Shown here: positions 62,019-64,000 of the stretch, one piece after another
Position numbering within the stretch: position 1 is the stretch's first letter
Layout: every line of letters starts with the position of its first letter
Assembly: GCA_026414485.1 (NCBI GenBank)
Contig: JAOAIX010000010.1
Span: 4,371 to 68,370 of the forward strand
DNA from: Candidatus Bathyarchaeota archaeon
GTDB lineage: Archaea; Thermoproteota; Bathyarchaeia; Bathyarchaeales; Bathycorpusculaceae
Length of the DNA stretch: 64,000 nucleotides
Direction: 5' to 3'
Position numbers and translations under genes: made by a program
The notes under the pieces: model-generated
Databases searched by the model: none
Told to the model about the DNA's origin: nothing
What the model saw: only the letters and a program-made list of their open reading frames with translations

Positions 62019-64000
62019 TTATTTCTTTATTCGCTTAATGAAGACTAAGTTTACGACACCTATCAGAATAGCGATGATAACTGCCAAAATTATGACTGCG
62101 TCTACCATACTAAAAACTGCCGCCGGTTCTTCTGCAGTAGCACTTGCTTCAGCGACGCCTAAAGTTGTTGATGCAAATGATGACCAGTAGGATTTTGTGC
62201 CTTCAAACGCTGCAACTATTTTGAACTGCCCAGCTGAAGGCGGAGTCCAAGTGATGGCATAATTTCCGTAGATATCGCTTGTTGTGGTGCCAATGTTGAT
62301 GGTGTTGCCGTTGGCGTCAATTGCACTGAGTTTTACGGGAACTCCCTTCGCGTCTTTGGGGCATGGCTGTTGAAGGTAGAGATACTGCATCCACTCACTC
62401 ATGTCTTCGTCTGCAATTGCCGGTGTGCCCTTGGCGCCTGCAGATTGATCAGTGACTGTACCCGTAATTAGTATTGCTGTGCCTGCTGGCACCACAGTTT
62501 GCGGTGCAGAAACAGTTGTAGCTGATTGACCTTTTCCGAAGGCGTAGATACGGTTGTCGTAAGCATTAAAGTGCACTAGTATGCCGTCTGCAATCGCAGG
62601 GTTTGTTGCCCAGCTTGGGTCATAGAATGGAAAAGTCCATAGTTCTTGTCCAGTCTGTGCATCGACACAACGCACTAGGGAGCCACGCTCTTTTGGATCA
62701 TCGGGGGAGTGTTCACCTGAGAACAGGTAAACTTTACCGTCAGCAAAGAGCATATTGGCAACATTGTAGTTTCCACCCCATTTTGCTTCGAGGTAGTATT
62801 GATCAGCCAGTCTGTAAGTCCACAGTAGACGACCTGTTTGAACATCGTAGCAGTAAAGTATACCGCCGTAGCCACCAGTGTACAGTTTACCGTAAGCAAT
62901 GTAGCCCTGGGTGCCGACGAGGCTGTCCCATGCAACTTGAGGCTCAGTTGGACCCCATATATAGCGTCCATCATTGAGACTAAAGCCCCACCATTGCATA
63001 GTCTGTGAAGAACGTATGGTAAATACACCGTCTTCTTCACTTGCAGGCCCCATGTTTAAGGTTACACCTTCTGGCGCTCCTGGAGGTAAAGTGTAGGTTT
63101 GTTTCCACAACAGTTTACCTTGTTCACCTGGTTTTATGCTTAAAGCCCATATAGTATAGTTCATCGTTTCAACAAAGGTAAAACCTGTACCGCCCATGCC
63201 TAAGCCAGAGGAAACTATAACTTTGTCGGGGAAGACAAAGCTTATGCTGCCTGTTACATCCGCGGGAATTGAGACGTTCCACGAGTAACCTGTTTTGCCG
63301 TCGACTACTTTGTTGTAGGGTCGCCATGTCCAATAGTTAGAACCTGTGGCACCGCCTAATAATGCAGGTATAGCAGAGGAATTCCATAGAGCCAAACGGT
63401 GATTTACCGTGTCAAGTTGTGGAATCAAGATACTGCCATCGGCGCCGTAGGTTATCTGTGGTGTGGAGACAAATGAGAATGGAGCAGGAGGAGCATCGGT
63501 GATTGTGTACCATTTGTCGCCTGAGAAGGCGTCGTAGCAAACCCACGTTGTGGTTGGTGGCCCAAAGAAGCCGCCGCCTATAACAGTCCACAGATAGGCA
63601 AATGCTCCATGTTGGTTAGGCGTGTTATAGTAGTATATTTGACCAAAGTTTATTCGGGTGTCATTGTTGTAATATATTTCTTCGCCAGTCCGCAAGTCAA
63701 CTGCGTAGTATCCAGGGATGTTGAAGTTTGATGGATATTTATCGTAGAAGAGCACGCCGTTAATTATCACTGGTGGGAACCATTTGCCTTCGTAAGCATC
63801 TCCGTCATGATATGAAGCATCTCCAAATTCGCCTCCGACAAGGCCGCCGAATGTTAAGGGTTTTGTCCAGAGTATATGCGCTGTTTCTGGACCTTCCGTG
63901 TAGGCGGCAAGATGGTTCATGGGAGTTGCAAGCCAGTTGCCTGTAAACGAGTGCCACTCGCGGTTTTCTGGGTTGACTGGCCTATCCCAGTAGCCTGAGG
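62019..64000 (-). CDS. PQQ-like beta-propeller surface protein, paralog of 2166..4769; N-terminus runs off the window
   Basis: The reading frame stays open upstream of the track ATG (63920) to the window end: ...GYWDRPVNPENREWHSFTGNWLATP, which parallels NYWTRPIDAQYREWYTISGNWLTG of the paralog. C-terminal TM anchor ends in KRIKK. Confidence 0.6.
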   Translation of the reverse strand, partial: SGYWDRPVNPENREWHSFTGNWLATPMNHLAAYTEGPETAHILWTKPLTFGGLVGGEFGDASYHDGDAYEGKWFPPVIINGVLFYDKYPSNFNIPGYYAVDLRTGEEIYYNNDTRINFGQIYYYNTPNQHGAFAYLWTVIGGGFFGPPTTTWVCYDAFSGDKWYTITDAPPAPFSFVSTPQITYGADGSILIPQLDTVNHRLALWNSSAIPALLGGATGSNYWTWRPYNKVVDGKTGYSWNVSIPADVTGSISFVFPDKVIVSSGLGMGGTGFTFVETMNYTIWALSIKPGEQGKLLWKQTYTLPPGAPEGVTLNMGPASEEDGVFTIRSSQTMQWWGFSLNDGRYIWGPTEPQVAWDSLVGTQGYIAYGKLYTGGYGGILYCYDVQTGRLLWTYRLADQYYLEAKWGGNYNVANMLFADGKVYLFSGEHSPDDPKERGSLVRCVDAQTGQELWTFPFYDPSWATNPAIADGILVHFNAYDNRIYAFGKGQSATTVSAPQTVVPAGTAILITGTVTDQSAGAKGTPAIADEDMSEWMQYLYLQQPCPKDAKGVPVKLSAIDANGNTINIGTTTSDIYGNYAITWTPPSAGQFKIVAAFEGTKSYWSSFASTTLGVAEASATAEEPAAVFSMVDAVIILAVIIAILIGVVNLVFIKRIKK

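Noticed and set aside
1-64000. Window-wide look for CRISPR repeats, rRNA/tRNA genes, transposases, integrases, toxin-antitoxin or defence-type nucleases and helicases.
   Set aside because: None recognised by eye. Every intergenic region is 335 nt or shorter and AT-rich. A tRNAscan/Infernal run would be needed to exclude small structured RNAs formally.

Overview
Gene-dense (about 90% coding) chromosomal segment of an anaerobic archaeon. The lineage guess (uncultivated Bathyarchaeia-like or another TACK/Euryarchaeota-like group) is inference only. I found no rRNA, tRNA, CRISPR array, transposase or integrase by eye.

Layout:
(a) 0.7-20 kb: information-processing core. It holds asnS, the secE-spt5-rpl11-rpl1-rplP0 cluster, dtdA, and the rps19e-PDCD5-rpl39e-rpl31e ... 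eif6-rplX-pfdA-ftsY cluster. A 4-kb surface-protein/polyferredoxin pair interrupts that second cluster.
(b) 20.2-29.7 kb: one tightly packed minus-strand operon. It nests indolepyruvate:ferredoxin oxidoreductase (iorAB), phenylacetate-CoA ligase and a PaaI thioesterase inside a Liv-type ABC transporter.
(c) 29.9-62 kb: accessory-looking region with six radical SAM genes: two B12-binding, one HemN-like, two SPASM/AhbD-NirJ-like and one Tes/MJ0619-like. It also holds a corrinoid uptake and nucleotide-loop operon (btuFCD, cobT, cobS, cobY, plus cobZ- and cobD-like genes), a second cobS-cobY pair, a UbiA prenyltransferase, five glycosyltransferases and an orphan RnfD-ferredoxin fusion.
(d) Paralogous PQQ-like beta-propeller surface proteins sit at both ends of the window.

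Two conserved small genes lie below the ORF-track cutoff: secE (9310..9477) and rpl39e (18339..18497).

Best candidates for something undescribed:
- the orphan RnfD/RnfC-ferredoxin fusion;
- the second cobS/cobY module, which shares a bidirectional promoter with a lipid (epimerase-UbiA-Tes-like) operon;
- a shared operator-like motif on corrinoid-related promoters;
- a CooF-like four-cluster ferredoxin module inserted into IorA;
- a P0 stalk protein with no acidic tail and no adjacent P1 gene.

All family assignments come from motif recognition by eye; no searches were run.
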